Shown one piece after another: positions 40,942 to 54,744 of a stretch of 64,000 bases of DNA. This stretch comes from Octopus vulgaris. Taxonomy: Eukaryota. Position 1 is the first letter of the stretch, and each line of letters opens with the position of its first letter. Location: assembly GCA_951406725.2 (NCBI GenBank), contig OX597827.1, forward strand, positions 28,644,001 through 28,708,000. The letters run 5' to 3'. Position numbers and translations under genes: made by a program. Below the pieces are notes generated by a model. The model saw only the letters and a list, made by a program, of their open reading frames with translations, was not told the DNA's origin and did not search any database.

Positions 40942-43900
40942 TGCATGCTGCCGTTTTGCACATCAAAGACCCTGCCACATAAACATGAAACAGGTCAGAA
41001 ACCAACTACCAAAAGGAAAAGGAATGGACCACGCACCACCTGCCCCAAAACGGATGTTCGCAGATGTGGTGCGTGCTACAAACCGCCATGTTATTGAAAG
41101 GGTAGCTGCTGAACAAGAATCTTTTTTGTGCATGGCACAAAAGATTGCACAGCAGCTAACCTGGCTCCATCAAACTCAAACTCGCAGATGAGACTATCCA
41201 CAATACACAAGACCGCCACACCAAATAGACCCAAGTCGGACACCGCCGGCAACAGCATACACATCACCTCGATGCTTCTACTGAACATCAGAGGACTGCT
41301 AACACTCAGTAACAGGACAAAAATCCCGTTCTTGAGCGACTGTGTTGCATGCAATCAAGCCTTATGCATAGCACTTACGGAAACACACCTGAAACCGGAC
41401 ATAGCAGATGCGGAAATGCAAATACCACAGTATGTTGTACTACGGACCGACAGAAAAGAAAGGAGTCATGGAGGAGTTGCTATGTACATCCGTGAGGACC
41501 GCACACCCCAGGTCCATTTGTCATATTCGAATTCGGTGTGTGACACACTAATTGTACATATAAGGCAACTTGGTGTAGTTATATGTGCTACATATCGCCC
41601 TCCAGATGCCCCAAGCCATGTAGGCAAGTTTGAAGACTGCGTTATAAAAATAAAAGAAGTTCTAGTCACATTAGAACAACACATAAGTGTACTTCTTATG
41701 GGTGACTTCAATCTACCCAATGTCAGATGGCCCGAGGGCCTTTCTCTCCCAGGAATGACACGATGCGAACTGGCCTGAATGTCTCTCCTCGCCAGACATC
41801 AACATGAAACTTCAACAATTCATGTCTGCAATGCAAGCCATATGCTACAAATGTGTCCCAGAGAGAAAGGCCACTGTACACAAGAGCAAAATCCCCAGAG
41901 AGAGGAAAATTCTAATGAGACGGCGTACAAAAGTTTCAAATCGCCTAAACAAACAAATTGAAAGCAGTGAAAAGTCCCGCCTGAAAATAAAACTGTTGCA
42001 AATTGAAAAATGTCTGCAACTCTCCCATGAAAAAGAAAGAGCAGACAAAGAAGCCTGGGCTTTAGACAACATAAAATCTAACCCCAGAGCTTTTTACAGG
42101 TATGCCAAAGAAACAGCTACGGTGCCACTCCTTGAAAAGGATGGCACACTCACAGGAAATCCAATGAGGGTAGGTGAAATACTAAATGAGCAATTCAAGA
42201 GTATTTTCACTCCACCCCTAGGGCATTTTCAAGTCAGCAATCCAACTGACTTCTTTACCACTGCAGATATAAAATCAGCGGCAGCGATGATTGATTACAT
42301 CAATATAAAGGAAGACGATGTAATAAAGGCTATTGATGAAATGAAAACAAACTCAGCTACTGGCCCCGATGGATTACCAGCAATCCTTCTAAAAGTATGT
42401 AAGAGAGTCCTAGCAAGACCACTGCAGTTCCTCTTTCAGAGCTTTCTTGCAACTGGCAAACTTCCAAGAAAACTGAAAGAAGGTAAAATATACCCTATTC
42501 ATAAAGGAGGTAGCAGAGCGGAGGCCAAGAACTACAGACCTATCTCTCTAACCTCACACATCAGCAAGGTCATGGAACGAATAGTCAGAAAGAAAATAAT
42601 CACCTTCCTTGAAGAAAATGACTTGCTGCCTGACACCCAAATTGGTTTCCGACCGGAAAAAACTGCTTAACTCAGCTCCTACAACACTATGACTGGGCGC
42701 TGAAACGACTGCTCAACCACTCAAATGTGGAAGTCATATATCTCGACATTGCAAAGTCGATCATAGAATGATATGTCACAAACTGCGTGATCTTGGCATA
42801 GTTTGAAAATTAGGAGAATGACTTCATGACTTTCTGAAGGATAGAAGTCAGGTGGTAGTAGCCAATTAACACTTCCATTAACACGCAAATAGTGAGCGGT
42901 GTTCAAGAAGGCACTGTTTTGGGACCACTACTGTTCATAATGGCCCTCTCAGACATGCCCTCAGCCACGCAGAGAGCCACGATCACAAGTTATGCAGATG
43001 ATACAAAAGTTTCATAGGCAATACAGAACCCTGAAGACACTAAGCACCTGCAATGTGAGCTGGACAAAATATACAAGTGGGCTGAAAAGAATAGCATGCA
43101 GTTCAATGCTGAAAAGTTTCAAGCTTTATGCTATCAGCATGCAAAACTAAATGCAATACCCAATAAATACACTGGACCTGGAGGGATTGCAATCCCAGAG
43201 GCACAATCAGTGCTAGACCTGGGTATTTACATGGGTGATGATGCAACTTTTCATGTGCATGTTGCTAAATTGGCAATGAAATGTAGGCGGCTGATCGGAT
43301 GGATTCTTAGAACCTTTAGAACAAGAGACCAGGAAACGATGATGGTCCTCTGGAGGACACTTGTCTTAAGCCACTTTGACTATTGCTCTCAGCTATGGTC
43401 ACCATCCAGTGTCAAGTTAATCACAGAACTTGAGGCGATCCAACGAAGCTACACAAAGAAGATAGCCTCTGTGCAGCATATAAGCTATTGGGAAAGACTC
43501 AAGAGATTGAGACTCTATTCCTTAGAGCGTAGGCGAGAAAGGTATGCCATAATATACATCTGGAAGATCCTAGAAGGACTTGTCTCAAACTTTGGCATCG
43601 AGAGTTACACAAATGTCAGAACTGGGCGCCAATGCATTGTGCTAAGGACACCAAATTTGCCATCAAGATGTAGGACAAGATACTGTGATAGCCTGGGCTT
43701 CCGAGGCCCACAGCTCTTCAATATCCTCCCGAAGAAACTAAGAGACCTGCATGGGGTGGATGCAGATGTCTTTAAAATAAAACTGGATTTCTTCTTGTCA
43801 GGTGTCCCAGATGAACCAACTTCACGGCAGGAGGTGCAGATGAGGACAGCTGCATCGAACTCTCTCATGCACCAAATGGCAATTGCTAAAAAGCATTCGT

Positions 43901-43990
43901 GAAGTAAAATCATGTAGCAACACCAAATGGCGGTGCCCCATCATGGCCACAGCTTGTGAGCTGAAACTAGATAAAAATAAAAATAAAAAA
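40940..43990 (+). mobile_element. CR1/L2-group LINE (ORF1 remnant, APE, RT), internally deleted and frameshifted
   Basis: LNIRGL, IALTETHL, RTDR..GGVAMYI, YRPP, MGDFNLP; YRPISLTSHISKVMERI, GTVLGPLLF, YADDTK; LYSLERRRER; (AAAAAT)n tail. Confidence 0.93.
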
Positions 43991-43991
43991 T

Positions 43992-45304
43992 ATACTAGTA
44001 GAGATACCCGGCGTTGCCCGGTTACATTCAATTGAAGAATTAGACTTTTCTGTTATATTTTCTGCAATGAACTGGAATATTTTTTTCGAATTTCATCAAA
44101 ATTGCAGATGAGGGTTTTTCTCTCTTTACACACCCTACAAAAATTGTGATCGTGCCACATGTATCCTGTACTACTGATTTTTATGCGCATATTCCAAAAT
44201 CCCAGTTTTAAAGAACCCGTTTAAAAGATTTTGCTCTTGAAAAATGAAGGTCATGGAGCTCTAAAATGTGAGAGTTAAGGCCCCTGTTGGGAGTGGGCAT
44301 CTTAATGTCAACCAGAGAAGTTGAATTGTTGAGAATCTTTTTAACTTGGGTCTTATATCTATTGCTTGAATTTCTTTGAAATAGGAAATATATGCTCACT
44401 GGATTTGTAAAAGAGAGCAAAGCTACAAGAAACCAAAAGACGAATGATCACAATAAGCAGTCAGTTACCCTCTCCTAGTCGTTACCACTCCCAATGTAGG
44501 ATTCCTCACCATCCAGGCGACAGGCACAGCCGTAAGGTGCATTACGAATCTATAGCAATTGGAAGGGCGTGACTCAACTGTAATCAACATTAACAACTGT
44601 ATGACGTGAGGGCTAAGGAGAAATTAAACTGCCACCTCTGGAGTTTGCAAATGACGACTATACTGATACGTAACTGGAAAGAATAAATTTACAATCTATA
44701 GATGTCTTTGAATAACCAGTCACTCATCTGGGAAGGCCTTGAAATCAATGTTACCATCTGGGAACTATGTGCGACCGAGTGATAATAAAAAAACTGAATG
44801 GAGGTGTGCAATCAAATAACTTTACTCAACACTTTGCAACAGAATCAGTGGAGGCAAAGATGCCTCTCATTTACTTGACAATTTATGAACTACATTGCAG
44901 AAATCACAATGTAAGTGTATGTGAAAGCATGTTGTTACACTGTTGTACCATTGAATTAGAAATAATGCACAACTTTTATGCTCGGGTAACCCTACAGCTT
45001 CCAATAGCACAACTGTATTCGTTTTTACTTAGATAAAATTACAAAGTTGTGGGTGTTAAGTCCCCATGGAGGGGTCTTTCTAACTTGTAAGAAGATGAAA
45101 TTTTAAAATATTACTTCATTTGTGTCTAGTAGCTATGGTTAAAATTTCATCAACAGCAAAGATATGTGAATTGTCATGGGGGTTATGGCCCTTATGCATA
45201 GAATATAATTTCCAAATTTCATAAAGATCCATTCGGTACTTTTGACCTAGTTTTGGATCATAAAAGAAATGACTACAATTTGGGAATTAAGGCTCCCAGT
45301 AGGG

Positions 45305-45310
<6 letters not shown>
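43992..45310 (+). mobile_element. Non-autonomous Helentron/HINE-like element
   Basis: 5' TACTAGTAGAGATACCCGGCGTTGCCCGG; 3' CCAAATTTCATAAAGATCC...hairpin GGGA..TCCC..TTTTATATA. Confidence 0.6.
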
Positions 45311-45971
<661 letters not shown>

Positions 45972-46061
45972 ACACAAAGACCCACACGTAGACATACATA
46001 TATACATACATATATATACTATTGATTTATTTCAGTTGCTGTCTACGAAATCCATATATAT

Positions 46062-46283
46062 TGTTGTTGGCATCCTTTTTGTCTTGGGAGACAATGGATT
46101 TGCGCATAAAATAATCTAGTCCAGATTTTACATTTCATGTCCTAATACATCTCCTGCTGTGGTTGTGGAGTCCTATCCTGGACAAACACTCCCTCTGGCA
46201 GGTGCCGCAAATGTAGCGAAGACTGTTCCTGGCTGGTTGTAATGTCATAGTTTCTTGTTGACGTCTTTTCTTGTCTTTCCATT

Positions 46284-46327
<44 letters not shown>

Positions 46328-48814
46328 CATTCCTTTGTGTTCCCTCTTTTATGGGACGTCGCAAATCTCCACGGTTGCTGGCAACTGCTTCCCAGTTGGT
46401 AATATTGATGTTGCAGGTATTCATGTCCCTTTTGCAAACATCCTTGTATCGTAAGAACGGTCTTCCCACAGACCTAGTGCCCCTAGCAAGCTCTCCGTTG
46501 AGTATGTCCTTGGGGATTCTGCCATCTTCCATACGGCTAACATGTCCAAGCCATCTGATACCTCTTTGTGTGAGGAGTGCAAATATGCTTGGTATTCCTG
46601 CTGGCTTGAGGACATTTTTGTTGGGGACATTATTCTGCCATTTGATGCGAAAGATTTTCCGGAGGCAGCGCAGGTGAAAGATATTTAGGCGACGCTCTTG
46701 GCGTGTGTATGGCGTCCAAGTCTCACTTCCATACAGTAGAGTGCTAAGTACACATGCTTGGTAAATCTTCATTTTTGTGGTCTTAGTCAGCTTATTGTTG
46801 TCTCATGCCCGTTTGGAGAGTTGGGCCATCACAGCAGCTGCCTTGCCAATGCGTATATTGAGCTCAACATCAAGGGATATGTTGTAGGTGACGGTAGAGC
46901 CAAGATACGTAAACTTCTCCATCTCCTGTAGTCTGTGGTTTCCAATATGTATGTTTGGGATGTCCGATATAGCCTGACCCATGATGTTGGTCTTCTTGAG
47001 GCTGATAACGAAGCCAAAGTTGCCACATGCTTGCATAACACGGTTGATGAGCCTTTGTAGGGCTTCTTCTGTGTGTGATACCAGAGCGGCATCATCAGCA
47101 AATAGCATCTCCTTGATCAGGACGCTTCTGATTTTGGTCTTGGCACGCAGACGCGAGAGATTGAACAGTTTCACATTACTTCTACTGTGCCTGTGCAGAA
47201 ACACTCCATCATCTGATGTCTCAAAGGCATGTGACAGCAGCAGCGAGAAGATGCCAAATAATGTAGGAGCAAGGACACAACCTTGCTTTACCCCATTTTT
47301 TATTTGGAAGGTGGCTGATGTTGAACCATTGTGCTGTATGGTGCCTTGCATATCATCATGGAAAGATTTGATGATCCTCAGCAGCTTTGGTGGACATCCG
47401 ATTTTTTGGAGCAGGATGAAGAGGCCTTTTCAACTTACCAACTCAAAGGCCTTTGTCAGATCAATGAAGGCCATATATAATGGCATTTTCTGCTCTCTGG
47501 ACTTCTGAAGTTAGCGTATGGAGAATATCATGTCAATAGTTGATCTGCTTCTTCTAAAGCCACACTGCGATTGTGGATAAATTCGAGAAGCAAGCAGTTG
47601 CAGCCTGGACAGGATAATGCGAGCAAAGGCCTTTCCAACAGTGCTTAGAAGAGATATTCCACGGTAATTGTTACAATCACCACGGTCACCTTTGTTTTTG
47701 TAAAGCGTAATGATGTTAGCATCCCGCATATCCTGAGGGACTGTACCCTCTTCCCAGCACTGACACAAAAGCTCATGAAGGTGCCGAAGTAGGATGGTGT
47801 TGTTGCCGGTTTTGATGATCTCTGAGGGGTTGCCGTCTTCTCCCGGAGCCTTGTTACTTGCTAGGGAGTCAATAGCCTTGGTGAGCTCTGCTATAGATGG
47901 CAGACTGTCAAGTTCACACATGACTAGCAAGATCTTGACACCCTCGATTGCAGCCTCAGCTACCGTGGTCTCCCGTGTGTAGAGATCCTGGTAGTACTCC
48001 ACCCATCTATCCATCTGCTTGTTTTGGTCCTTGATGAGATCTCCAGTAGTTGAGTTCAGAGGGGCTGACTTGGTTGTGGATGGACCGAAGGCTTTCTTGA
48101 AACCGGCATACATCCCACGGGTGTCGCCACTGTCAGCAGCTGACTGGATACTCTGACAGATTTCCTGCCAATACATATTTGCACAGCGTATGGCAGCCAG
48201 TTGGGTTTTATTTCTTGCCTTTCTGAGTTCTTCGAGTGACTTTGTAGAAGAATCACTCTTGTATAGCATCAGAGGTGCACGCTTTGCTTCGATAACTGTT
48301 TCCAGCTCTGAGAACCCAGCACTGAACCAATCTGGGTTTTGCCTTTCTCTCATGCCGAAAGTATCTATTGATATGTTATACAAAGTGTCCTTGATATAAT
48401 TCCACCTACTTTCAGCAGAGAAGGTTGGGCAGCTACTGAGGGCAACCTTGATAGAAACAGCAAAACAATGTCGCAGTGTAGGGTCCAAGGTTCTGACAGT
48501 GTTAATGTGTAGTCGGCACATGTTCTAGGAGTGATGGACTTTTTTAGACAGAATCCTCACCCTGCGTCTTATTAGTGAATGATCTGTGTCACAATCCGCG
48601 CTGTGGTAATTACGGGTCCGTTGAGCAGAGTTCAGAAAGGATCTTCGTGTAATGATGAGATCCAGCTGATGCCCGTGGTGAGATCTTGGATGTCTCCAAG
48701 ATTCCTTGTGGGATGTCTTGTTGGCAAAGAATGTGTTAGTGATGCACAGGTTATGGTATGTGCAAAATTCAAGTAGTCTCTGATCATTGTCATTCATGTT
48801 GCCAATACCAAAAC
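46062..48814 (-). mobile_element. RTE-clade LINE, 5'-truncated (APE C-terminus, RT, C-terminal domain)
   Basis: LCITNTFF..SWRHPRS..LDLII..DTDH; YRGISLLS..QCGFR; GVKQGCVLAPTLF; LFADD; LLYGSETW; ends GGATGCC(AAC)n; about 66-bp flanking direct repeat. Confidence 0.95.
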
Positions 48815-48893
48815 ACATATATACATACATATATATATACGATTGATTTGTTTCAGTTCCTGTCTACGAAATCCATATATATATATATGCATA

Positions 48894-48944
<51 letters not shown>

Positions 48945-48945
<1 letters not shown>

Positions 48946-49330
48946 AAGATAAATTGATACATACAACTGAGTGGGCAAACAAAAATATGAGACACTGTGT
49001 AGTGCTTTTTTATATTTTGATAAGCTTGGTACTTATGCTATCAGTTTCTTCTTGTGAAACCAGTAAGTTATGGGGATGTAAATAAACGAACACCAGTTAT
49101 GAAGCAGTGATGAGGGAGAAATACAAAGACACACACATAGACTTACATATATACTTACATATACATACAATTGATTTCTTTCAGTTTCTGTCTACAAAAT
49201 CCACTGACAAGGCTTTGGTTGGTCTGAGGCTATAGCAGAAGACACTTGTCAAGTCACCACACAGTGGGACTCAACCCAGGACCATGTCTTTGGAACGTAG
49301 TTTGTTACCACACAGCCACACCTGCCCCTA
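48945..49330 (-). mobile_element. Old SINE family B copy and flank, partly duplicated at 45795-46055
   Basis: TCAGTTTCTGTCTACAAAATCCACTGACAAGGCTTTGG...CCACACAGCCAC. Confidence 0.7.
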
Positions 49331-49504
49331 TGTATGTGTGTGTGCGTATGTGTGTATGGGTGGATATATTATGCATGTATACATGTGTATATATATGTGT
49401 ACATATTACATGTACATCTATATATATACATCTAAACATAAAATCCAAAATACAAAGTTATATCTTGATATCGCTAGTGATAACAATACTCAAAATATAT
49501 AACA

Positions 49505-50345
49505 GACTGGAATTGTAGGCCCATCTCTTGCAATTTCGATCAATTGTATCTTGTCCTCCCTCTTGTATAGAAGTGTGGCTACAATACAGCCTACCTCTAC
49601 TTCTGGGGGGACATTTTAAATTTTTATCCGGGACGTCCTACGTCCCAGATATAAAGGTAAAAATAAAATATCTCCACTTCGCAAGGTTCGAGTCGAGTAC
49701 TTCCTTGAACGCTCCGTTGACTCGAACCTTGCTTCTATTGTGGCGAATTTACCGCCTCTGGTTAGATACTTGATATCTTTCATAGTCGCACCAAGACACT
49801 TTTCGATGGTGCTTTCCTCCAGGTGTACAAATCTTTTTTCTCTGTCTTTTCTTTAATTTTATTTTTTATTTCGTTTGATGGTGTTATCCTAGATTCACCG
49901 ACTTTGTCTGTGATTATTCCGAAATAGGTTTGTATTTCTTCCATTTTAATTTTAATGAGTTCGCGCCCGCTGACGGCTACAGCGAAATTCAATTTTGGAC
50001 TTTCTCCTATCGAAGACATTTTAACAAAAATGCTTCCGTATAAACGGTGAAAATGTTGTCAATTTCCACAAACAGAGACACAATTCAAGTTTTAAACAAT
50101 AACCAAAGCTCCTTCTGCCAAAGGGGAAGGGTTACGGTTTACAATTATTTAACAAATGCAACACAACAACGCTTCCCTTACGAGGAACCAACAAACGTGA
50201 TAACAATAGTTAAACAGTAATAATAATAACAGCAAAACTTACGGTGAATCAAAAAGCAGTACTAAGTAGAAGCTATAGTCCTTTATGGATAAGAAATAAA
50301 CCAAAAGCAGTACTCAGTTGAAGCGTATGTTCGGGAAAACAGACA
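49505..50345 (-). mobile_element. ORF1-family element, copy C (5'UTR plus 5' half of ORF1)
   Basis: MSSIGESPKLNFAVAV..., then after a frameshift DIKYLTRGGKFATIEARF...LRSGDILFLPLYLGRRTSRIKIxNVPPEV, homologous to copies A and B. Confidence 0.75.
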
Positions 50346-51990
50346 TTACTTATTTTTTATTACCCATAAAGGGCTTACATAGAGGGGGACATTACAAACA
50401 TTGCGGACACAAAACATCACAAAAATACAGAAACGTATGAAAGATTAAAAATTGTGAAAACGAGAAATGAAAGCGATATTAACGGCCCCATCCGATAACA
50501 TCACTTACCTGTCCTTCTTCCCTATATCGGTATAAAAAACATGTAGTCCTCCAGTTTCATCCCATATATTTCTTCCAGTTCATATCTCTTATCCGGTTCA
50601 ATTGTTTTCCTAATCAATTTATAACTTTTTAAAAATTTTTCCTTGAGTTCTTTTTCTTGGTCCTCTGATATTACTACATACATCATCCCAGTTGTCTTGC
50701 AATTCCACCTTTCCCCAGTCCCTCAATATTTCACGTATTTCTTCCTTGTTTATTACACCTAATATATGGGGACGATAATTTTTAGAGTTTTCCTGTGTGT
50801 CTGTGTTATATTTTTTTTGTTTTCTGTTAGTGGGGAGCGGGTGGGTTCAGTGTCTGCAGGGGAAAGGTGGGCCACAAATGGTGCGGGTGGTAATGGGGTG
50901 GGTTGGGGTTCAGAACAGTTTGCCTTTTTTCTCCTTCTCTTCCTCCTTCTTCCAATGGATTCTCATTCTACTGGTAATTCCTCCTCGTCAACTTGCTTCT
51001 CTTCCGCTGTATTCTGCTCCACCTGGGGCTCCTCTACCTCTCTTGCTGGTTCTTTTCTTTGTTCTTTTGTTGGGAGAGGATAATTAGCTCTTTTGTGGCC
51101 CCTTCAAGCCGCATTTGTAACAACGAGGAGCTCTGCCCTCCACCCGTTCTCTCATAATGATGTTTCCCATTGTTATATTCTCGGCGAGTTGTTCCAATAC
51201 CTCCGATTCCGCCTGGACATTCATCTCCAGTACTGCTCCTCTCCATCCTCCCTCATCCTTCACCGTGGCATGAAGAATGTCCACCTTATCTTCATTAGCA
51301 CTGATGATGGCTGCCACAATCCATTCTCCGTCTATGTCTGGTGATATTCCCTTCACCCTGATCCGGGTCGTCCTCCTTCCCAGATACGAAGGCAGAAGGA
51401 ATACCTTCTCCGACTTTATTGTTTTCGCTGCCATTCTACTTGCCACTTTTTCGGTTTTAAATTGTACAACCACGGTGCCGAATCCAACGTCTCTTGCGAG
51501 AAACGTTACCTCCTCTTCTGTCATTCTCAGAGCTTCCTCTACCATTTCCATGCCGACCAACTCTATTCTACTTTTTTCGTTGGCGAATACTCTATACGTA
51601 ACGGTCCTCTCCTCATACCAGTCTCTTCTTTTCCTTGGCGGCGACAATTCAACTTCACCGCCGACCTTCGTAACAAATTCTTGATAACCTGGCAACTTAG
51701 CCAGGTCTATCTCTTTTCCGTTGACTTCGTCGCTCGCGCGTATGTTGTTTTTTCTCCGAGTACTCTGTCCAATTTCCTCACTGCCTTTTCCAGTTCCTCT
51801 TCAGAGGTCGACAGGTCCGACTCACTGAGGCTTGTGAAAACATTTTTCCTTGCCATTTTCTCCCTTAGAGTGGGGCAAAGCGTTTTTTCCTTGTCTGTCT
51901 CAATACAGACAGGAAAAATTCAACAATACCGTTTAACAAAATTTAATAAACAATAACAGGCAAAACAATTACACACAGGTTCCAAAAAAA
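50346..51990 (-). mobile_element. ORF1-only element, copy B (ATG at 51856, frameshifted ORF1, 3'UTR with AATAAA)
   Basis: WYEERTVTYRVF...VTFLARDVGFGTVVVQF...FLLPSYLGRRTTRIRV...EGRAPRCYKCGLKG(H)KRAN; tail GCCCTTTATGGGTAATAAAAAATAA; no RT. Confidence 0.8.
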
Positions 51991-52004
51991 ATGATTTCAT
52001 ATAT

Positions 52005-52550
52005 ATACTTAATGCTAGCTAATTAGCAGATAATCTAATGTAAAAGCCGTGGTAAAGGGTATGTGCACAGCTCCATCTGGACTATTCCATTTCTGCACTT
52101 TAATTTTATTTTTAATTTATTCCCATTCATGTGAAACCACTTATTCAAGTTCAAGTCACTGATGCAATTTTATACCAATTGCTATTCTTACTTTTAATTG
52201 TTATGTTACGATTTAATTATTATATTATACTTTAGTTTGATTTTAATTATTACTTACTACATATAATTCAATTGTTATTATTATCTCTAATTTTTATTGT
52301 TAAAGTGAAAGTATCTGACATAAAATAGAGAGATGTTTTTTGTTTCACTTTTAACACGTAATACTGAAATAGTGGAGAAGATATGATATTGCTATGGGCT
52401 CGCCCTAGGCAAGAAGTTGAACTTTTTTTGCAGATGACACTCCCCGGACCCTAAATAAGGCGTGTGTAAAATTTGAATGAAATTGGTTGTGTAGTTCTTA
52501 AGTTTAAGGGAAACACACAGACAGAGAGACAGACACACATTCTTAGTTTT
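52005..52550 (+). mobile_element. HINE/DINE-1-like non-autonomous Helentron remnant
   Basis: 3' GTGTAAAATTTGAATGAAATTGGTTGTGTAGTT...(ACAG)n...TTTTATATATA. Confidence 0.55.
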
Positions 52551-52681
52551 ATATATATACGGTATATTATAGATATAGTGTAAAAAATTATTAATTTATA
52601 ACTAATAAATTTCACCAAGTAGTTTCGGTATGGAAAGGAACCATATTCGGTAAAAACTTATAGAAGTTTTATATATAATTA

Positions 52682-53304
52682 TAACAATAATTAAGGGTTT
52701 AGCAACAAGTTGCTTAACCACATACCAAAAAATTTAGAAATAGCAGCCAAAAGACCGTTATTTCTTTTCGCTACAAAATATGACTCCACAGACAACCCTC
52801 TCTGTAACTCACACAGGCAAAAAAAAGAAGGAAAATAACGAAATCAAACAGTCTTCGGTTAATTATGGACGCATTTCTGGATTAGAATTATAAAACTCAT
52901 TTCCTTATCAACATAATATTCCGATAGTTATAAATTAAAAAATGCCAGAAAACTTACCCTTTGCATTTCTGACCAAGCGACATCAGAACATCACACAAGG
53001 TAGTTAGCATATCTAAATTTATATAGACGAATGAAATTCATATTTCCCACCAATTCCTATCGGAATATTATGTTGATAAGGAAATGAGTTTTATAACTCT
53101 AATCCAGCAACGCGTCCATAATTAACCGAAGACTGTTTGATTTCGTTATTTTCCTTCTTTTTTTTTTTTGCCTGTGTGAGTTACAGAGAGGGTTGTCTGT
53201 GGAGTCATTTTTTGTAGCGAAAAGAAATAACGGTCTTTTGGCTGCTATTTCTAAATTTTTGGTATGTGGTTAAGCAGCTTGTTTATATCCCTTAATTATT
53301 GTTA
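52682..53304. mobile_element. Penelope pLTR-like palindromic element, family H5 (about 245-bp arms, 130-bp spacer)
   Basis: 52682-52927 is the reverse complement of 53057-53304; hammerhead-like motif in each arm. Confidence 0.85.
53068..53121 (+). ncRNA. Degenerate type I hammerhead (H5); mirror copy on minus strand at 52863-52916
   Basis: TTATG-TTGATAA-GGAAATGAGTT(TTAT)AACTCTAATCCA-G(C/A)AA-CGCG-TC-CATAA; the other arm has GAAA. Confidence 0.55.
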
Positions 53305-53365
53305 GATATATATATATATAAATTAAATTAGAGATAAAACCATTATTAGGCAAGTCAAACAATGA

Positions 53366-53608
53366 AAAACATAAACCAAAACATAAAAATAAACATAATA
53401 TAGTAGTTTTTTACTAATTATCTTATATTAAACTTTTTCATGCTTTTTGATAGTTATATATATTTTTTTTAAATTTTAATATTTAAGAAACATAAAAATT
53501 TATAAATATAAATTAAGAATTTTAAATTTAAATAATTCAAATTTTAAATTTTATATATTTTGTATATTATATTAATTATGTTTATTTTTATGTTTTGGTT
53601 TATGTTTT
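53366..53608. repeat. AT-rich inverted repeat with 34-bp arms
   Basis: AAAACATAAACCAAAACATAAAAATAAACATAAT versus ATTATGTTTATTTTTATGTTTTGGTTTATGTTTT. Confidence 0.75.
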
Positions 53609-53651
53609 AATCCTAAATTTAATTTTTCCCTGTAAGTTTGGATTTACTCCC

Positions 53652-53726
<75 letters not shown>

Positions 53727-53750
53727 CATCATTATTATTATTATTTTATT

Positions 53751-53813
<63 letters not shown>

Positions 53814-54042
53814 ATATATATGTTTGGAAATGTGTGAGATCCTCGGTACAGTCAGGTATATTTGAAAAAAGAAAAAGAATGACTTCACCTGTAGTTCTAA
53901 TAAGTTCAATTTATATTATTAAGAAATCAAAAAATAATAAATAAAACTGATTAGAAATACCAATGTAGTCATTCTCTTTCCTTTTTCAAATATATATATA
54001 TATATATATATATACTTTATTTTAAGCAGCAGAAAATTCAAC

Positions 54043-54090
54043 AAAATCTGTTACTCTGAGTTTCTCGTTGCCGTTCATCAGACAGTTTTT
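54043..54090 (-). ncRNA. Type I hammerhead (H1), canonical core
   Basis: Reverse complement is identical to 54745-54792. Confidence 0.8.
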
Positions 54091-54744
54091 GCTAGAATGG
54101 AACTTATATATTAATTCAATCTATACTCTTACAAACGCTACACCTTTAAAAAGAAATAGACTTATTTGATTGGCCCTTTAGAAAAAACGGTCAATCTTCG
54201 AGCGATAAACAAAAAGGTCAAAAATATATGTATATATATATAAAAAAACTTATAAAAATTATAAAATCCGAGGAAAAAACCTTACATTGAATAAAATACA
54301 TATTGACGTTAATGAAGAAAGTGCAAATTAATGCATAGAAATTAAACCTGTTATAAATATTACACTGCAATACATAATTATATTAAAATCTACATATATA
54401 TATCAACATACACACAATTATGCGTGCAAACGCCATACATATACAGACGTATGAATATAAATCTAAATATACACATAAAAGCATGTGTACATATATTCAC
54501 GCATTAATTTGCACTTTCTTCATTAACGTCAATATGTATTTTATTCAATGTAAGGTTTTTTCCTCGGATTTTATAATTTTTATAAGTTTTTTATATATAT
54601 ATATACATATATTTTTGACCTTTTTGTTTATCGCTCGAAGATTGACGTTTTTTCTAAAGGGCCAATCAAACAAGTCCATTTCTTTTTAAAGGTGTAGCGT
54701 TTGTAAGAGTATAGATTGAATTGATATATCAGTTCCATTCTAGC

